IMG/VR virus record: IMGVR_UViG_3300005337_000018
DNA from: an uncultured virus (IMG/VR IMGVR_UViG_3300005337_000018)
Lineage: Duplodnaviria; Heunggongvirae; Uroviricota; Caudoviricetes
Reading direction: 5' to 3' (one strand)
DNA length: 64,000 nt
Position 1 is the stretch's first letter; each line of letters begins with the position of its first letter. The notes beneath the pieces were generated by a model that made no database searches, was not told the DNA's origin, and worked only from the letters and a program-made list of their open reading frames with translations. The translations under genes and the position numbers were made by a program. This document shows, one piece after another, positions 37,165 through 47,387 of this stretch.

Positions 37165-40100
37165 GTGAGCAGAACCCTTCTCCCGTTGTAGATCTGGTTG
37201 GCCAGACGCTGCTCACCCTGGTCTACCTCGGACCGAATGAAATTGGTGATCTCGCTGTTCCCGATGAACACCCGGACCTGAGCGTTCACCTCGGTCGACC
37301 CTTGCCCTTGAGTTGCGTTGACGGATGTTGTCGATCGTGTGCTCGCGGTGAGTGCTCGGGTGAACGTGTCCACCAGGGAGGAACTGCCGTTACCGGCGAG
37401 GACACCGTTCGAGAATGCCCCGGCCCCCACCGGCCCGGCCGAGATCTGCACCATCTGCTGCAACGATGGCAGAGTGAGACCGCCTTGCGCCTGAAGGTGC
37501 ACCGGCAGCTTGATCGGACCGGCTCCGCCGGGGATGTTGAACACGTTGGGGTTAATGTCCAGGCTGGTGTTGTTGATGGCACCTGTCAGGTTGTCGATGA
37601 ACATCTGCGCGATACTTGCTGCGGCAGAGGAGATGGCAGACGCGAGTTTGCCGGGCAGGTCCAAGAACCACTGACCGATGTTCCCGACCAGATCCTCGAG
37701 CCCGTCAACGATGTTGTTGATGATCTCGCCACCAAGCTCGAGACCCTTCTGGAAGATGTCAACCGCCCACTGCCAAATCAGGGAGGGCAGACCGGCGAAC
37801 CACGTGCCGATATTCCCAACCAACTCGCCCAACCCGATGACCAGGTTGGTGATGAAGTCATTACCGGCCTTGCCGCCCGCAGCCACGACGTCGACCAGCC
37901 AGGTACCGAAGTCACTGACCAGTCCGACGAACCAGGTGCCGATGTTGCCGACGAACTCCCCCAGCCCGGTGACGATGTTGGTGATGAAGTCGTGTCCGGC
38001 AGTGAGACCATTCGCAATGACATCGGTCAGCCAGGTCCAAATCTGGCCGGGCAGCGCGATGAACCAGTCCCACAGCCCTTGTGCCGCACCGGTGATGCCA
38101 TCGATGATGTTGTCGACAATGTCGCCACCGAACCCGAACACCGACGTGAACAGGTTGGCGAAGAACCCGCCGATCTCCGTGGGGAGGTTGATGAACCAGT
38201 CCCAGAGTGCCTGTGCGCCAGCGACAATGCCGTCAACGATGTTCGATATGATCGTCGTACCGGCGACCAGCAGCTTGCCGTAGATGTCTCCGAGCCAACC
38301 GGTGATGCTGTCCCAGAGTCCGGTGAACCATGACGCAAGAGTGTTCCAAGACCTACTGATTCCGTCCCAGATCGAACTGACGATCTTGCCACCGAAGTCG
38401 AGTAGGTTGCTGAAGATCGTGCTGACCGCGGTACTGATCGTGCTCCACCAGTCGCTGAACAGTCCGGAGATCAGGTCCCAAACACCGGTGAAGATCGACA
38501 GGACGTCGCCCCAGACTTCGGACCAGTTGCCCTGGAAGATGTCTGTGAAGAAATCGATGACACCCTGGAAGATGTCGATAACCGGCTCCACGGCATCCAG
38601 GATGATGTCGAACGCGCTCTCCACGATCGGCCACAGTGCCTCGATGACCGGCATGAGGAACTCGGCGATCGCCCCGACCAGGTCCAGGAACGACGCAACC
38701 AGGTCGCCGATCTTGGGTGCGACCTTCTCGATCACCGGAACCAGTTTCTGGATCAGCGTCGCGGCCAGATCACCGAAGAACCCGAACAATTTCTCGATGA
38801 TCGGCAGCAACCGCTCGAACGCCGGTTGGACCTTGTCCCAGATCTTCAGCAAGGCCCCGAACCCGACCCTGACCAGTTCACCGAGCGCGTCTCGGAGATC
38901 CTCGGAGTTCTGGAACATGAGGACGAAGGCCCCGACGATCAGACCGATCGGCCCGAGCAGCGGCCGGAGGAGACCACCGAACTTGCCGAACACCTCCAGC
39001 ACCGGTCCGAGCACCTTACCGATCTTCGAGAACGCGCCGACCAGCGGACCTATCGCAACAGCGGCAACAGTGAACGCGCCAGCGATCTTGAGAACCGTTT
39101 GACCGGCGTCGGTCTTGGCGAAGTCAGACACCTTGGAGATGAACTCGACCAACTTGTCCACGACAGTCTGTACGGACGTGGCGAACTCGGGGCTGGCGAT
39201 GAAGTCCAGGAAACTCTGGAACGCATCACTGATGCCCTGAAACGCGGAGGCCAAGCCGCCCTGGATCGCCGGGCTGTCCCACAGTTTGGAGATCGGCTCC
39301 CACAGCGCCTGGAACCCGGCCGCCAGACGCTCGACAATCGATGCGAACGCATCGGACGTGATCCCCTTGGCGATCGATTCGATGATCCCTGCCAGGGCCT
39401 CCGACACGGTGCCGATCACGCCGGAGTCCACCAGTTTGCCGAATATGTCGAGCAGCGCGTCGAACAGGTCGAGCAGCGCGTCTCCGACACCGCCACCGGC
39501 CATCTGGGCGAACATGTCGGCGAGGATGTCCACGAGATGGCTTGCCACGTCAGCGAAGTGCTGAATGACAGTGGGATCGAACGCACCCACCGCGCTACCG
39601 ACGGCACCGAACAACTTGCCGAACACCGGCAACAGCGCGCTGGCGATAGCCTTCATGTTGGTGAAGAAATTACCGAGAGCCGTTTGCCCTGAAGCGGAGT
39701 CGGTCCATTCCTTGAACTTGCTGGCAACCCGCTCAAGGGTGTCCAGGAACGTGCCTCCGTCGTCCGACGCAGCGCTGAAGATCCCCTTGATCCCCTTGCC
39801 GAAGTCGACCAGCGCCCCACTGAGCTGCAGGAAAGAGTCGAACATCCGCTGGAACGTCGCCGACAGTTCACCGGATGCAGCCTTGGCCGACAGGGTCGAC
39901 CCGGCCCACTCGCCGAACTGCCCGACCATATCGCCGATCTGAGTTGTGATGGGGCGCAACGCATCTAGGATCGAAATGAACGCAGTAACCAGACCACCGG
40001 CACCCTTGCCGATGTCTTCCATGAAGCCACCGGTGTTCTGCAGGATCCGGCCGATCGCCGCCACGTTCTTGGTCGACCCGAACGCCTTGGCCATGTTGAC

Positions 40101-40913
40101 CGCGACGCCGCCGACGGCAGTCCCAATGTCGGCCAGACCGTCCTGGATCGGTCCCTTGGCGAACGCCTTGGTGAGCAGTTCCACCGACTTGTTCAGTTGG
40201 GGGAACATCGCATCGGCCACCGGCTTGGCGATGACCTGTTTGAGAATGCTCAACTCCTCCGAAAGATCGGCAGCAGCCTCCTTGTCGACGTCCATCGCCA
40301 GAGCGACGAGTTTCAGGCTGACGACCAGCGGAGCGATACCGGCCGCGGCGGCTACCCCGAGACCACCGATCGCGGGTCCGAGCTGGGCGAGCCCCTGGGC
40401 GAAGACCGTCACCAGGGACGTGGCCGCCGCAGCGACGCCACCGATGGCCCCGGGAGCCGCGAATACGGCGGAGAGAATCCCGCCGATCTTGAGCGCCTTC
40501 AGGCCCGCGGAGATCGCACCGCCGAACGCCTTGGTGAAGATGTTCCCGTGGCGGCTACCGGCCGCCTCCATGTCCTTGCCGGGGAAGTCGATACCGCGGA
40601 AACCGTCACGGAGTTTCTGCTTGATGGTCGAGTTGAACCCGCGAGCGACGTCATTCGACGCCTTCTCACCGGCCCGGAACAGATCGGCGGCCGGGGGATC
40701 GACGTCCTTGAGCCCCTTGGACATCTCCCGGCCGACCTTGCCGGAGAACCCGCGGCCATACGCCTCGGCGGAATCCTCACCAAGCTTGTTGAACTCGCGC
40801 TCGGTGGACGCCTTGGCCTCGGCCGCAGCGCGCCGTAGATCCTCCCGGATCTGCTTGGCCAGGTCACCGGAGATGGCCTCAACCCGCACGTATGCGGTGC
40901 CGACGATGGCCAT
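37161..40913 (-). CDS. Tape measure protein
   Basis: 1250 aa; starts IVGTAYVRV; Ala/Gly-rich helical with periodic W/F repeats; follows the tail chaperones. Confidence 0.95.
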   Translation of the reverse strand: MAIVGTAYVRVEAISGDLAKQIREDLRRAAAEAKASTEREFNKLGEDSAEAYGRGFSGKVGREMSKGLKDVDPPAADLFRAGEKASNDVARGFNSTIKQKLRDGFRGIDFPGKDMEAAGSRHGNIFTKAFGGAISAGLKALKIGGILSAVFAAPGAIGGVAAAATSLVTVFAQGLAQLGPAIGGLGVAAAAGIAPLVVSLKLVALAMDVDKEAAADLSEELSILKQVIAKPVADAMFPQLNKSVELLTKAFAKGPIQDGLADIGTAVGGVAVNMAKAFGSTKNVAAIGRILQNTGGFMEDIGKGAGGLVTAFISILDALRPITTQIGDMVGQFGEWAGSTLSAKAASGELSATFQRMFDSFLQLSGALVDFGKGIKGIFSAASDDGGTFLDTLERVASKFKEWTDSASGQTALGNFFTNMKAIASALLPVFGKLFGAVGSAVGAFDPTVIQHFADVASHLVDILADMFAQMAGGGVGDALLDLFDALLDIFGKLVDSGVIGTVSEALAGIIESIAKGITSDAFASIVERLAAGFQALWEPISKLWDSPAIQGGLASAFQGISDAFQSFLDFIASPEFATSVQTVVDKLVEFISKVSDFAKTDAGQTVLKIAGAFTVAAVAIGPLVGAFSKIGKVLGPVLEVFGKFGGLLRPLLGPIGLIVGAFVLMFQNSEDLRDALGELVRVGFGALLKIWDKVQPAFERLLPIIEKLFGFFGDLAATLIQKLVPVIEKVAPKIGDLVASFLDLVGAIAEFLMPVIEALWPIVESAFDIILDAVEPVIDIFQGVIDFFTDIFQGNWSEVWGDVLSIFTGVWDLISGLFSDWWSTISTAVSTIFSNLLDFGGKIVSSIWDGISRSWNTLASWFTGLWDSITGWLGDIYGKLLVAGTTIISNIVDGIVAGAQALWDWFINLPTEIGGFFANLFTSVFGFGGDIVDNIIDGITGAAQGLWDWFIALPGQIWTWLTDVIANGLTAGHDFITNIVTGLGEFVGNIGTWFVGLVSDFGTWLVDVVAAGGKAGNDFITNLVIGLGELVGNIGTWFAGLPSLIWQWAVDIFQKGLELGGEIINNIVDGLEDLVGNIGQWFLDLPGKLASAISSAAASIAQMFIDNLTGAINNTSLDINPNVFNIPGGAGPIKLPVHLQAQGGLTLPSLQQMVQISAGPVGAGAFSNGVLAGNGSSSLVDTFTRALTASTRSTTSVNATQGQGSTEVNAQVRVFIGNSEITNFIRSEVDQGEQRLANQIYNGRRVLLT

Positions 40914-40935
40914 TCCGGTGACCTCCCTCTTGAAA

Positions 40936-41230
40936 CTAGCGCCGCATCAGCAGGTGTGGCGGTGTGTTGGCGAGCTGCTCGATCTTGTCCGGGTCCTCCA
41001 TGTCATTCACAACCTTGGCGACCCGGAGCAACTGCGCCCGGTGCTGGTTACGTGCGTCGTGGATCTCCTTGGTCTCGGTCGCCGACTCCTCGAGGTAATA
41101 CTCGATCAGGTTTGTGCACCGACTGGCTCTGGCCTCGAGTACGTCGTAACCGTGGGAGAGTGCCCATCCGTCGAATCTTGGCCAGATGAGGGGGGAGACG
41201 ACGTGGGTGAAGATGACTCTCCAGTAGGGC
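40936..41230 (-). CDS. Tail assembly chaperone T segment (via predicted -1 frameshift)
   Basis: Overlapping -1 frame (PYWRVIF...) entered at CGC CCT AC; ends just before the tape measure RBS. Confidence 0.6.
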
Positions 41231-41552
41231 GGGCGGTGTACTCGCCTGCCAGCCACGTCAGAATGTCCAGCAGCAGGTTGATCGAAATCGGGACGTCCGG
41301 GTCGTTGAGCAGGTCGCGCATCTCCTGCCGCTGCTCCGGCACGATCGCCGCGTCCAGGAAGTCCCGGATGAAGGCAATCATGTTGCTGTTGGACGCTCCG
41401 GTGTCATCGTCGTTGTCCCCGGCCGTGACGTCGGCGAACCGCATGATCAGTCCAGCGGGAAGCTGGGGTTGGCACTTGAACACCCGTCCATCGATGTCGA
41501 ACTCGATCTCGGTGGTGTTGACCGCGGTGCGGAAGCTGCGTTTCGTTGCCAT
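41106..41552 (-). CDS. Tail assembly chaperone G
   Basis: Position; ...WLAGEYTARPT followed by a Ser-rich tail. Confidence 0.75.
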   Translation of the reverse strand: MATKRSFRTAVNTTEIEFDIDGRVFKCQPQLPAGLIMRFADVTAGDNDDDTGASNSNMIAFIRDFLDAAIVPEQRQEMRDLLNDPDVPISINLLLDILTWLAGEYTARPTGESSSPTSSPPSSGQDSTDGHSPTVTTYSRPEPVGAQT

Positions 41553-41602
41553 TCCATCTCCATCTCATCGCTGGGTCCCGACCGCCGGGCCCCGGGGGAA
41601 TG

Positions 41603-42037
41603 CTATGCGGAGTTGATCCACCGGGTGAAGGCCACGACCAGCCCGTTCTCCAAGTAGCGGTAGGCCCTGTTGCCCGGATGGCTGACCGATGTCATTCGGA
41701 CGACCCGGCCGATCTTTCGCCAGTGGAAGACCAGGTGGGTGCCGTTGCGGGGGCGGATCGTGTGAGGCTTGGTCCCGGACTCGACGTAGAGCGCGTAGGG
41801 CCTGTCCGATCCGATCTCGGTCCAGATGCCCCTCGCCGACTCGCCCCGCTTGCCGACCTTGATCGAATCCCGGAGCAGACGGCGCTTGGAGTAGTCGCTC
41901 GGCACCAGTCGCTGAGCCGCGCCGATGGTCTGCCTCTCCAGCTTGTGGAACTCCGTCCCCAGCTCGCCGCCCCAGCCGACCATCTGGTTCACCGCTGGCG
42001 GGTAGACCGCGGTGTGGATGGTGACCTTGGCGCTCAT
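41603..42037 (-). CDS. HK97 gp10-like tail completion/neck protein
   Basis: LRDSI, YALYVESGTKPHTIRP and VSHPG...YL motifs. Confidence 0.75.
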   Translation of the reverse strand: MSAKVTIHTAVYPPAVNQMVGWGGELGTEFHKLERQTIGAAQRLVPSDYSKRRLLRDSIKVGKRGESARGIWTEIGSDRPYALYVESGTKPHTIRPRNGTHLVFHWRKIGRVVRMTSVSHPGNRAYRYLENGLVVAFTRWINSA

Positions 42038-42588
42038 TCGAGCGCACCGAATGACGGGAATGACACGTTCAACTCGGTGGTCTGGAACCCACCCTGCGGG
42101 GGCGATGTGTTGATCGACAGATCGGAGGCGATCTCGTCCAGCGAGCGCACGACGCAGATGAATGCCTCGGCATCGTCCGATGCCATCTTGGCCGCCGCGT
42201 TCATCTGCAGCACCGACGGCGCGTTGCCCTTCCGGTCCGGGATGGCCGGGGAGCACCGGGTGACAGCGACGGTGAACCCGGCCAGCCAGCGGAAACTGTT
42301 GCAGTGCGCGGTGTTGTCCCAGGTGTGGTCCGGGGTCCAGCCGGTGAACAGCACGGCGAGTTGCTCGCAGTCGGCCGGGATCGGACTCATGTAGATCACA
42401 TGGCGCGGAGGCAGGGACAGTCCGGCCTCGGTGAAGCATTGCTTGGTCCGCTCGAGGATGATCTGGGCCATGTCGTAGAGCGTCTGGCCGGTCGGCACCG
42501 GCTGCAGGAACACCGTCGCGTTGGACGCCGGGATGTTGGACTGGGCAGGCCGCTGGCCGTACCGCGAGTAGAGCGTCGGCGCGCTCAT
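42034..42588 (-). CDS. Putative tail terminator/neck protein
   Basis: Position; PADCEQLAV, VTRC and PQGG motifs. Confidence 0.55.
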   Translation of the reverse strand: MSAPTLYSRYGQRPAQSNIPASNATVFLQPVPTGQTLYDMAQIILERTKQCFTEAGLSLPPRHVIYMSPIPADCEQLAVLFTGWTPDHTWDNTAHCNSFRWLAGFTVAVTRCSPAIPDRKGNAPSVLQMNAAAKMASDDAEAFICVVRSLDEIASDLSINTSPPQGGFQTTELNVSFPSFGALE

Positions 42589-43352
42589 GCCACCGCCACG
42601 TGCGGAGCCGGGTACAGCGGGCGGACCCACTTGATGCACCGGTTGACGGCCGGGGGAGCGTCAGGGGTCCAGACCCCGGACGGCCGCAGCGCCTTGGACG
42701 GGTTGACCGAGTTGAGCCACGTGTCCACCAGCGGGAGCCCGGTGCCCAGTCGGGTGAGGTAGGACTGCGGGTCGAAGATCTGGTAGCTCAATCCCTCCCG
42801 CTGGATCGACGTCGTTCGCTCCGGGAGTTGGCAGTCAGCGTCGCCGCGGCATTCCAACAGGATCTGGTAGGCGAGGTACAGCACCGCGCGGCGAGCGGCG
42901 GCCGTGACCGTGTTGCCGAATTGGTAGCAGAGCCGGAGCACCTCACGGTCGGGCAGACAGCCGCACACCTTCATCCACCACGCGCCGCAGGAGCCGTTGC
43001 GGAAGTAGATGTCCGAGCCGACCATGTACAGCGCTTCGTCATCCTCGATGATCTCGTCGGTCTGCAACGGCGTTCCGAGCACCCTCTTGAGCCCCAGAAT
43101 CCGCCGTAACGGCCGATAGTTCGGCGTGAGTCGCCTGACCCGCGGGGTGCCGACGAAGTCCTCCTCGGCGATTCCAGCCGGGTGGACCAGGTAGCCGGAG
43201 AGCCGGAGTAACAGATCGCTCGCGGCCTCGAGCGCCATCCGGACTTCCTCCGCTTCCTCCGGAGTCGGATCGGGTGGAGTGATGCCACCGCACCAGGTGC
43301 CCACCAGAACGGACGCCACGACCCGCGGGTCAGATGGGTCGAGCCAGAGCAT
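42585..43352 (-). CDS. Head-to-tail adaptor
   Basis: ALEAASDLLLRLSG...CQLPERTTSIQREGLSY...TGLPLVDTWLNSVNP. Confidence 0.75.
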   Translation of the reverse strand: MLWLDPSDPRVVASVLVGTWCGGITPPDPTPEEAEEVRMALEAASDLLLRLSGYLVHPAGIAEEDFVGTPRVRRLTPNYRPLRRILGLKRVLGTPLQTDEIIEDDEALYMVGSDIYFRNGSCGAWWMKVCGCLPDREVLRLCYQFGNTVTAAARRAVLYLAYQILLECRGDADCQLPERTTSIQREGLSYQIFDPQSYLTRLGTGLPLVDTWLNSVNPSKALRPSGVWTPDAPPAVNRCIKWVRPLYPAPHVAVA

Positions 43353-43427
43353 GGTGGCCTCCCTGTGACTGAACGGGACGCCCCTGATTGTTCACCAGGA
43401 GCGCCCCGTTCGTCTGCTGCCGTCGGA

Positions 43428-45116
43428 TCAGGTGTACGTGTATCCGCCGGTCTTGGTGACGTTGCCGCCGGGGTGCACGAGCACCACATCAGTTGCACCG
43501 GTCGCGTGCGTCGGGGTGGTGACGTGCAGCGAGGTGGAATTGTCGACCACCAAATCGGTACCGCTGTCGCCGCCGAACCCGACGTCCGTCGTTCCTTCCA
43601 GGTTGGTGCCGCTGATCAGGAGAACCGTTCCTCCTGCAGCCGGACCAGTGGCCGGAGAGATGGTGCCGACCGTCGGAGCGCTCGCCGCGATGTAGCGGTA
43701 GCCGTTGGCCGCTGTCCCAGTGCCCACCGGGGTGGTCACCACGACGTTGACCTGACCGATCGCACCGGCTGGAGGACGGACGCTGATCTCCGTTGCGGAG
43801 ACCACCGTCAGATCCGTACCGGCCTGACCGCCGAACGTCACTGCCGTGGCACCGTTGAAGTTGGAACCGGTGATCGACAGCAGCGTGCCGCCGTACTGCG
43901 ACCCCTGGTTCGGGGTAACGGCACCGATGACCGGCACTGGCGGAGGCGGAGCAAGCCCCAGCTTCCACAGCGTGCCATCCCAGTACGCCTGGGTGTTGTC
44001 GGCGAGGTGCACGTACTGGCCCTGCAGCCATGCCGTCGTCGGGCTCGCCGAGACCGCGGACAGACCCGCCAGGTTCGGAGGTGTCGTGGCTCCGGGAGGA
44101 CCGAAGTATCCGGGCGAACCGGCGTAGCCGGTCGTGGCCGGAATGACAGGCTGGGGAGACCTTCCAGCCGCCCATCCCTCGCCGTCCCAGTAGGCGTCCG
44201 TGCCGTCGCCCAACCGCAGGTAGTAGCCGGGCGGCCATGCCGTGGTCTGTCCCAGAGCGCCCATCGCCTGCAGGTCTTCCAGGTTGGCAGGACGGGTGGC
44301 GTTGACCGGGACCAGTTGGGCCGGGGCACCCGGCACGATCGCCACGATCGCAATACCGAGGTTGCGGTAGCAACCCTGGAGTCCGAGCGGAGCGTTCATG
44401 TCGCGTGCGTACAGGAACGGCCGATCCGTGTAGGTCGGGAAGTCCCAGTCGAACACGCCCTCGACCGGTGTCGGGCTGACACCGGTCAGGTCCATGTTCG
44501 GGCCGGGGCCGAAGGCAGCGTTGCCGCCACCGGTCCCGGTGAACACGGTCGCCAGGTTGCCGTTCTCCACCACGCGGTCACCGTCGAGACGGAGCTTGGC
44601 GTAGGGGATCAGGTACCGCCAGTACGGACAGTTGTTGGCGGCCTTGCCGCCGACGACCGCCTGTGCCCAGACCTCGATGGCCACGCCGTAACCGGATCCC
44701 TCGGATCCCAGAGCGTCCGCGGCGTAGCCGACGGCCACGGTGTCCGTGACCTCCGACCCGATTGGAGCGCAATCGGAGTTGCCGGAGGCAGTGAGAACCT
44801 CACCACCGGCAAGCATCTGAGTGAGCACCGGATCCGGGTCACACAGTTCGAGTCCGACCGTCACCGACTGCAGCGTGTCCGGCGACTTGTAGTAGACGCA
44901 GACCGCACCGGAGGCGTTGGTGATCGAGATTTCCTCGCCGGTGGTGTACTCCGGCGTGAACGTGAAGTTGATGAACCCGCTGGTCAGGTAGACATCGCAA
45001 GGCGATCCGACCGCAGGTGCACCATCCGCGCCTAGCCTGGTGACGCGCATGACCAGACCTCGAACAGAGGCTGCATTGTCCTGCACATAACCGGCTGGGA
45101 CGGTGGGTGCCGTCAT
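43428..45116 (-). CDS. Major tail protein with C-terminal IPT/TIG domains
   Basis: MRVTRLGADG...GEEISITNASG.VC tail-tube domain; two TAW..G.Y..L.D.T.AYWDG..W repeats; two P..G...GGT...I.G.N IPT repeats. Confidence 0.8.
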   Translation of the reverse strand: MTAPTVPAGYVQDNAASVRGLVMRVTRLGADGAPAVGSPCDVYLTSGFINFTFTPEYTTGEEISITNASGAVCVYYKSPDTLQSVTVGLELCDPDPVLTQMLAGGEVLTASGNSDCAPIGSEVTDTVAVGYAADALGSEGSGYGVAIEVWAQAVVGGKAANNCPYWRYLIPYAKLRLDGDRVVENGNLATVFTGTGGGNAAFGPGPNMDLTGVSPTPVEGVFDWDFPTYTDRPFLYARDMNAPLGLQGCYRNLGIAIVAIVPGAPAQLVPVNATRPANLEDLQAMGALGQTTAWPPGYYLRLGDGTDAYWDGEGWAAGRSPQPVIPATTGYAGSPGYFGPPGATTPPNLAGLSAVSASPTTAWLQGQYVHLADNTQAYWDGTLWKLGLAPPPPVPVIGAVTPNQGSQYGGTLLSITGSNFNGATAVTFGGQAGTDLTVVSATEISVRPPAGAIGQVNVVVTTPVGTGTAANGYRYIAASAPTVGTISPATGPAAGGTVLLISGTNLEGTTDVGFGGDSGTDLVVDNSTSLHVTTPTHATGATDVVLVHPGGNVTKTGGYTYT

Positions 45117-45159
45117 CAGGTCCCTCCTCTCAATTCAGACGTCGTGATGGGGGACCTGA

Positions 45160-47052
45160 TCAAGCGCAGCAGGCGTACTTGCCCGACACGTCGATCGTGG
45201 ACGTGATCCAGAGCGACTCGCACCCGACGTTCACCGCGGCCTCGAAGGTCTCGGAGAACTGCTGGTAGTCGTTCGCCCGCACCAGGGACGAGTCGCGGAT
45301 GATGCCGAGATCCAGCGTGCCGCCGTCCAGGAACAGCCAGCCACCTTCCACGAACAGCGCCCACTGCACGGTCGTCGGCCATGCGGGCAGGTTGCCCGGG
45401 ACCTCGGGAACCGCTGGCGGAACGCCACCGTCACCGGCCGGAACACCCGGGGTCCAGTCGATCGCCGGGAAGAACCCGCCGCCGTTGGTCGCCGGGTCGG
45501 ACGAGTCGAGCGCCCACGTGACGTTGATGTTCCGGTCGCTGAAGAACCCCTGAATGTCGGCGTCGCTGACGCCGTAGTGGTTCCTCGGGCTGTCGGCGTA
45601 GGCCGGTCCGTAGATGATGTCGGCCCGGAGAGCCTCGAGCACCCACGACGGGAGGATCGCGCGGAGCGCGACGCTGTCCACGCGGTACCGGTCGCGGTAG
45701 TACATCGCCGCACGACCGACGGCCGACATCAGGTCGCGGACCGCGCCCCATGTCGTTCCGCCGTCGGCGACCCGGGTGCTGCCGTTCTTGATCTGGGCCA
45801 GCAGAGCCGACTCGGCGATCCGGGCGTGGGCCACCATGGCGAGCTTGTTGTTCGCCACGGCCAGCTCCGGGAACACCCGGGACTGCAGAACACCGAATGT
45901 CAGGCAGAGCGTGACGGCCTGGATCTCAGCGGTCTGCTCCGGGGGGCACTGGATCCTGGCGCACTGCTTCCAGTTCGCCGGGATGTTGGTGCCGGATCCG
46001 GGCTCATCGCTCGGGTCGATCGCCGCGTCGTCGGCGCAAGTCCAGAACCCGACGCCATCGTTGATGTCGGCGAGCGCCGGTGGCGCGAAGAACCGGATGC
46101 CACCGCGGTCGGCACGGAATGACGCGAGCGAGTCGCGGACCGGCCGGGCGGACGAGCCACCGCAGTCGAACAGCTCGTACCGAGCCGTCAGCGGGGCGCA
46201 GCACCCACCGGATGCCGTGATGGCGTCCGGGTCGGTGACCGCGTTGATCTTGTCCCAGACCGTTGCCGGGTCATCCCGGAAGTCCAGGGTGCGGTCCGCG
46301 GGAACCTCGGTGCGGATGGAGGCGACGAGCACCTGTTCTCCGTCGCCACCGGTGGTCCGGGCGAGCATGTTGATGCGAGCGGCCATCGCCTGGCCGAACT
46401 CGTCACCCGACTTCAGTTCCTGTCCAGCGGAGAATCCGGGGACGTCCGCTCCGACGTAGACCGTCGAAGTCGGAGCCGCGGCCACCACCGGCTCACGGTT
46501 GCGAGGCACTGCGACGGTGCCGGAAGCGGTCACGGTCGGTCCTTCCTGGTCGTCGGCCGAAGCCGGGTCTGGTTCGGAATCACCGTTGTCGTCGTCTCCG
46601 GCGGGTTCGGTGTCCTCGGTGGGTGTGTCGGGCTCATCGCCCTCTGCTGGTTCTGCTGGTGGTTCCGGCGCTGGGGCCTGTGCCGGTTCCTGTGCTGGGG
46701 GCTGAGCAGGCTGCTGATTGGGGTCAGCCACCGGAACTTCAGTGGTGACCGTGACCGGTGCCGTCTCCGGATCTGCCGATGCGGCGACCGGTGCCTCTGC
46801 TGAAGCGACAGGAGCAACGTCAGGAGCGGGAGCTGCGTCGGCGTTCTCCGTGTCATTCGATCCGGCCCGAGAGTCGATCTCGGCCCGAACCTGGTCCAGC
46901 GCGTCGGCCAGCGCAGTGATGTTCGCGTCGTCCCCGGCCTGGTCCGCCTCATCGAACGCATCGATGAGGTCACTTTCCAGGCTCGAGAGATCGTCGTCGG
47001 ACAGGCTGGTGACATCAGTCAGCCGATCGGCGAAGTCGTCAATGGAAGCCAT
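45160..47052 (-). CDS. Major capsid (hexamer) protein with N-terminal scaffold-like extension
   Basis: Acidic/Pro-rich N-terminus; ITASGGCCAP, RPVRDSL..F.ADRGG and LDLGIIRDS..V.ANDY..FSETFE motifs; GGAGGG RBS. Confidence 0.88.
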   Translation of the reverse strand: MASIDDFADRLTDVTSLSDDDLSSLESDLIDAFDEADQAGDDANITALADALDQVRAEIDSRAGSNDTENADAAPAPDVAPVASAEAPVAASADPETAPVTVTTEVPVADPNQQPAQPPAQEPAQAPAPEPPAEPAEGDEPDTPTEDTEPAGDDDNGDSEPDPASADDQEGPTVTASGTVAVPRNREPVVAAAPTSTVYVGADVPGFSAGQELKSGDEFGQAMAARINMLARTTGGDGEQVLVASIRTEVPADRTLDFRDDPATVWDKINAVTDPDAITASGGCCAPLTARYELFDCGGSSARPVRDSLASFRADRGGIRFFAPPALADINDGVGFWTCADDAAIDPSDEPGSGTNIPANWKQCARIQCPPEQTAEIQAVTLCLTFGVLQSRVFPELAVANNKLAMVAHARIAESALLAQIKNGSTRVADGGTTWGAVRDLMSAVGRAAMYYRDRYRVDSVALRAILPSWVLEALRADIIYGPAYADSPRNHYGVSDADIQGFFSDRNINVTWALDSSDPATNGGGFFPAIDWTPGVPAGDGGVPPAVPEVPGNLPAWPTTVQWALFVEGGWLFLDGGTLDLGIIRDSSLVRANDYQQFSETFEAAVNVGCESLWITSTIDVSGKYACCA

Positions 47053-47246
47053 GTGTCCCTCCGTTTGGGGTCGGAAGATCTGACCATCACGGAGGTACTG
47101 CACCCTCTGGCGCGGTCACGGAGGGGGAAGGCACTCGTCGGGCAGAGTATCCCCTGGTGGTAGTGACTGACAACACCGACGAATTAGTTGAGTACCTGAT
47201 ATAGTTGAGTCGCAGAGGTTTGCAGACACGAGAGGTGGTGTTGAGA

Positions 47247-47387
47247 ATGACCGAGCCACAGGTCCCATCGCCGGTTCCAGAGGATCCCGACGACGAGACG
47301 CGGGAACCCGACGAGACGGCGCTGCAGGACGGGTCGGACGACTACGACCCGGAGAACCCCGCACCGCCTTCCTGGATCAAACGCTAG
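47247..47387 (+). CDS. Small acidic Pro-rich protein on the opposite strand
   Basis: GAGAGGTG RBS; MTEPQVPSP...; its stop overlaps the stop of the convergent gene. Confidence 0.4.
   Translation: MTEPQVPSPVPEDPDDETREPDETALQDGSDDYDPENPAPPSWIKR

Noticed and set aside
37600..38700. Periodic sequence similarity within the tape measure gene
   Set aside because: Ordinary Trp/Phe-spaced tape measure repeats.
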